Position numbers and translations under genes: made by a program | The notes under the pieces: generated by a model | Told to the model about the DNA's origin: nothing | The model's input: only the letters and a program-made list of their open reading frames with translations | The model's database searches: none | Shown: positions 60,205-64,000 of the stretch, one piece after another | Position numbering within the stretch: position 1 is the first letter of the stretch | Layout: each line of letters opens with the position of its first letter | From: Microcoleaceae cyanobacterium | GTDB taxonomy: Bacteria > Cyanobacteriota > Cyanobacteriia > Cyanobacteriales > Microcoleaceae | Direction: 5' to 3' | NCBI GenBank assembly: GCA_051652765.1 | Contig: JBOFUV010000035.1 | Location: forward strand, 1 to 64,000 | DNA length: 64,000 nucleotides

Positions 60205-61029
60205 CTAGATCCCTTGATCAATTCGGTCAAGAAGTTGCTGAATGACTTGCCTGTCGGAAGCCAAGGGTAGATTTTCTAGATACCGGTTCAAATCTTGTCG
60301 GGCTTCTGTCCAACGCTCAAGTTGATAGTAAAGCAAGCCGCGATCACGCTGCTCTGAGAAGGCATCGGGAAATAAGAGCAAAATGCGTTCAACAACGGTC
60401 AGCGCTTGGCTCAACCGGCTCTGATTGACATAAATGATCTTGAGATTGGTCAACATCCGAGCTAGAAACTGGTGAGGGCTGATCGGCTCCAAGAACTCAG
60501 GTCGCAATTTCACCGGTTGACCCTGAATCTGAGATAAACGAGCTTCACAATCATCTGGAAATAAAATTTCCCCTTGATTAAAAGCATCAACATAAATTCC
60601 AGCACTTTCAAAATCGGGTCGAATCAAAAAATGTCCCGGCATTCTGATCCCCACCATGGGGAAATCAATCCGCTTGGCAATTTCTAGATACACCAGGGAT
60701 AAGGTAATTGGAATTCCTGTGCGTCGGTCAATCACTTGGTTCAGATAACTATTATCCGCGTCGTAATAGTTTTCCCGGTTGCCCAAAAATTTTAAGTCTT
60801 CAAAGAGGTAACGATTAATCGTCTGTAGCACCCGCAAGGGATAGCGAACCTCTGGTAATTGTGCTTGGATCTCAGTCGCCATGGTATCTAGAGCGTTGAG
60901 ATAGTCTGCTGGATTGAGATTAGGAAATTCTTCTTGGGCAATGTACAGTGCTGCTTTTGCCAGACTAATTTGTGAATCCGGTTGACGAATCTCTTGATAA
61001 AACTGCTGCCGTGCAATTGGAAAATCCAT
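60205..61029 (-). CDS. SirB1-family transglutaminase-like + TPR protein
   Basis: GNRENYYDADNSYLNQVIDRRTGIPITLSLVY, MPGHFLIR, RMLTNLK and RDRGLLYYQL motifs. Confidence 0.9.
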   Translation of the reverse strand: MDFPIARQQFYQEIRQPDSQISLAKAALYIAQEEFPNLNPADYLNALDTMATEIQAQLPEVRYPLRVLQTINRYLFEDLKFLGNRENYYDADNSYLNQVIDRRTGIPITLSLVYLEIAKRIDFPMVGIRMPGHFLIRPDFESAGIYVDAFNQGEILFPDDCEARLSQIQGQPVKLRPEFLEPISPHQFLARMLTNLKIIYVNQSRLSQALTVVERILLLFPDAFSEQRDRGLLYYQLERWTEARQDLNRYLENLPLASDRQVIQQLLDRIDQGI

Positions 61030-61074
61030 GGGAAGGAAACTAAAGTCTAAAGTTAAAGCTTAAAGTTAACTCCA

Positions 61075-62274
61075 TTAACTCACTCCATCAACGGACTGAA
61101 TCAGCTTCCGCTCAATCTGGGCGATCGCGCTCATGACTCCAGTTTCAGGGTTATCTAAAATCGAGGCTTTGAATTGTTCTAGATAGTCTGCGATCATTTC
61201 TCGGAGGATGGGTTTTTCCAGGGTTGTGGTGTGGTGAGTATCCCAAAAGTCCCACAGCAAAATTCCCACCCCAATCGTGCAGTCGAGTAATCCTGCCGCT
61301 AGTTTTCCCGTTAAACTGGCCCCGGTTTTCAGGGCAATTTTAGATCCAACTTTGCCCCCTAGTTTGGCCGCCATATTGCTCCCCACTTTTAACATAAGCG
61401 GGGCAACCAAAGGTTTTACGGCGAAGTAAGCACTGCCACCGACCAAAACTTTGAGGGATAAATTTGAAATATTCCCCTCAGCATCCCGAATACTAATCGC
61501 AATATCGTTTAAGTATCGATCCCAATCGGCAGGGGCAATCCGATAAGTCATGGGAATTGCATTCAGGCTGGCAGTGAGTTCACTCAGGTATTGCTGAACG
61601 GTGGATTGGGTCAGTCGTTCCAATTTCAGTTGGGCCGTTTGAGGCCGCAGCACTCGTTTCGCAAATTCAGTTTGAAAATCTTGAGTCAGGGCTTCTGCAA
61701 CTCGTTCGGACGGGTCGGGCAAATCTGGATTGATGACGTTAGCCGCTCCAGAGGAGAGTTGAACAAAAACACTCTTCAGTTCGATTGCTTTCTGATTGAC
61801 GTAACTGAAATACCAGTCTAGAAAACTGTGATCAACCCGATCCATGAGTTCATCGATCCAGAGATCAAGCTGCTCTGAGGCATAGTGTTCTGCGGAATCA
61901 TGGGCCATTGTCAGGGACTGGGCGATCGCGGCATCAACCGTTGTCCAATCCATAACGGGTTGAGTCACAACGGTTTGTACTGAGCTTGAATTTGATTTTG
62001 ACGGGGCTGAAGAGAACGCTTGATGAATAAAGATCTGGCCAACAAGGGGAATAATCACAACCAAAGCGACCACGGCCCAAACCATCGGAGCAATGGCACG
62101 AACTAACTGACCCCAAGCTCGGATGCGATCCGTTTTTTCGGCATAATTGCTGGCCACAGATCGGTCTGGAGGGCTTTGAGAGTCCTGAACAGAAGGGACT
62201 GAGTCCGAAGGATAGGATGGGGAGGTTGGCTGAGAATCAGAATTCACGCAAGAAACCTGAGGAAAGCAAAGCAA
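61075..62274 (-). CDS. Hypothetical membrane protein
   Basis: 399-aa ORF with an N-terminal TM helix, FLDWYFSY block and C-terminal Gly/Ala/Lys-rich hydrophobic segment. Start uncertain. Confidence 0.75.
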   Translation of the reverse strand: MLCFPQVSCVNSDSQPTSPSYPSDSVPSVQDSQSPPDRSVASNYAEKTDRIRAWGQLVRAIAPMVWAVVALVVIIPLVGQIFIHQAFSSAPSKSNSSSVQTVVTQPVMDWTTVDAAIAQSLTMAHDSAEHYASEQLDLWIDELMDRVDHSFLDWYFSYVNQKAIELKSVFVQLSSGAANVINPDLPDPSERVAEALTQDFQTEFAKRVLRPQTAQLKLERLTQSTVQQYLSELTASLNAIPMTYRIAPADWDRYLNDIAISIRDAEGNISNLSLKVLVGGSAYFAVKPLVAPLMLKVGSNMAAKLGGKVGSKIALKTGASLTGKLAAGLLDCTIGVGILLWDFWDTHHTTTLEKPILREMIADYLEQFKASILDNPETGVMSAIAQIERKLIQSVDGVS

Positions 62275-62438
62275 GGATTGGATCTATTCTAACGAAGTTA
62301 GCAATAACGTTGAATCCCGTTTATGGCCATCGAGAATGATGGATGAGCAAATAACTTGTGAGCCGGGGTTTGGATGCACACCCTCCAAACCCCATTTTGG
62401 TTTTCTCGCCACACCCCGATCTCCATTCCTCCATTTCC

Positions 62439-63716
62439 CTACAATCGCTTACGGGCAAACTGCAACAACTGTTGAGCCTCGTTGTAAACGGTTGTGCCCG
62501 GTTTAATGGTTTCCAATTGATTGATGATTTCTCGCAATTGACGATTAAATTCTCCAGGGTTGAATGCGCCAGGATTGTTATAGTCATTGCTGTTTAACCG
62601 TTGGAGATTGGCGATCGCATCTTTGGCTTCTCGGAGAGCAGTTTCAGCTTCTTTTTCTAACTGCATTCTCAAGTTTACCTTCCCTAAATTGTCCTGATAT
62701 TCTGCCAGTTTTTGTTGGGCTTCTAAGTATGCCGGATTGTCTTCAGAAACTTGTTGTAAGCGCTGAATAGCCTCTTCCCATAAGGTTGCGACTTGCTCCC
62801 ACTGAGGAACAGGATGAGGAGGATTTTGAGACCCTTGAGCCGCCTTAAATGCAAACTGTTTGGCAGCTTCAATCAGATTATTCCCGCTTTGACGCTGAGA
62901 AATTCCACCTGTTAAATTGGCAAAGTCTCGTTCGTTGGTTGCCAACTTTTGTTCAGCAAGTTTTCCTGCCAAAGTTTCTTCAGGCACTTGGGATAACTGA
63001 TCCATTGCGGTTTGCCAGTTGGCGATCGCTTGCTGCTTTGATGGGATATCTTGAGCGAGTTGATATTGTTCCTTGGCCGCCCCCAATCTTTGTTCTGCCT
63101 GATCTAACTGAGTTTGAGCATTGTGTTCTTGAAAGACTTTGGCCTCCAATCTAGCAATTTCTTTTCGGGCCTGCTCAAATTCATCAAGGGTGAAATCCCA
63201 CTCACACCACCCCCACTGGCAGTAGGGCGAGGGTTCATAGCTTAGGAACCAAACGGGTAAACCCTCTAAAGCGGATTGAGCAAGCTGAACTTTTTCTGCC
63301 CCTAAATTAATATCCATTGGTGAAGTTGCTTGATTGATAAGTTGCTCCGATTGTTCGGTATATTGGATAGCTTCACGATAGCTTTGATCCATTTTAATGT
63401 AGCTGGGTAGTAACATCATCGGTGCAACTTTTGAGATAGGTTTACGCACCATAGGATAGGGTAAATTTGCCACCCAGACTAACCCAGCACTAAGGGGAAT
63501 TCCCAATAGCACAGTTGCAGCAATGAACTTAGCAAAAAAATATCGTTTCTGTTTAGATTTTCTTGGATTTGTCTGGGAGCTTGTCGTGGACTGAGCAGAG
63601 GACTGAGTATGGGATTGAGTTCCATATTGTTGTTCAATCTCTTGCTCTAATGCAGCAAGCTTGGCCTGGATCGGATCACTATTTGAATGTCCTTGATTGC
63701 TGGATGAATTAGCCAT
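62439..63716 (-). CDS. Hypothetical membrane-anchored alpha-helical repeat protein
   Basis: One TM helix, NLPYPMVR.P motif, then repeats of W..AI..L..V......Y..AQ.KL..Y. Confidence 0.75.
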   Translation of the reverse strand: MANSSSNQGHSNSDPIQAKLAALEQEIEQQYGTQSHTQSSAQSTTSSQTNPRKSKQKRYFFAKFIAATVLLGIPLSAGLVWVANLPYPMVRKPISKVAPMMLLPSYIKMDQSYREAIQYTEQSEQLINQATSPMDINLGAEKVQLAQSALEGLPVWFLSYEPSPYCQWGWCEWDFTLDEFEQARKEIARLEAKVFQEHNAQTQLDQAEQRLGAAKEQYQLAQDIPSKQQAIANWQTAMDQLSQVPEETLAGKLAEQKLATNERDFANLTGGISQRQSGNNLIEAAKQFAFKAAQGSQNPPHPVPQWEQVATLWEEAIQRLQQVSEDNPAYLEAQQKLAEYQDNLGKVNLRMQLEKEAETALREAKDAIANLQRLNSNDYNNPGAFNPGEFNRQLREIINQLETIKPGTTVYNEAQQLLQFARKRL

Positions 63717-64000
63717 TACAAACGCTCCTGGCTCGCGATACTCTTAAGGTTTAACGAGGGTTTTAATTGCCTCAGTTTGAATTATCCAATACCTTTCTAG
63801 ATGTAAACATCCCCTGTTCAGGCTAATTCACCTCCCCTGAATGGATCATGGGAGTTCGACTGATTTCTATAAAGTTTCTATAAAGTTTCTATCTAACCCG
63901 TAGCAAGTCTTTTGAGCATCAACCGGACAAAGCAAAGATTAACCTTGGCTGTGGCATGGTCGAGGGTTCTCTCAAATCTTCAGTTGATACAAAATAGCGT

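Noticed and set aside
63900..64000. Possible 3' end of a minus-strand gene at the window edge
   Set aside because: Too short to determine frame or identity.
1..64000. rRNA, tRNA, transposase, integrase or prophage genes
   Set aside because: None recognised by eye; a covariance-model scan would be needed to exclude small RNAs.

Overview
Cyanobacterial chromosomal window. This is inferred from frequent HIP1 GCGATCGC octamers and the rbcR / Z-ISO / trxC trio; the gene content suggests a filamentous strain. In order it holds: the 3' part of a large cadherin/Ig-repeat RTX adhesin gene; pdxA; a ~20 kb exopolysaccharide locus (eight glycosyltransferases, acyltransferase, sulfotransferase, MsbA/HepA-type ABC exporter, SLH-fused Wza, Wzc) interrupted by two tandem fused MNT-HEPN toxin-antitoxin genes; housekeeping genes (rbp, murF, argB, rbcR, trxC), a Ser/Thr kinase and a CHAT-CHASE2 receptor; an ~18 kb signalling locus (38.2-56.5 kb); and several membrane or hypothetical genes. 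The signalling locus combines a two-partner secretion pair, an exported TPR-CHAT caspase-like protease, DUF928, two CHASE2 receptors and a PEP-CTERM zinc metalloprotease. The most interesting signals are two small secreted-peptide genes inside that locus, each a free-standing copy of a motif in a neighbouring large protein (CLLFPWxPGC from the metalloprotease; GGTR from DUF928). A recurring TCCGTA-N4-TACGGA-like palindrome lies in promoters of both the signalling and EPS loci. No rRNA, tRNA, CRISPR array or transposase was seen. All family calls come from motif recognition by eye, not database searches.
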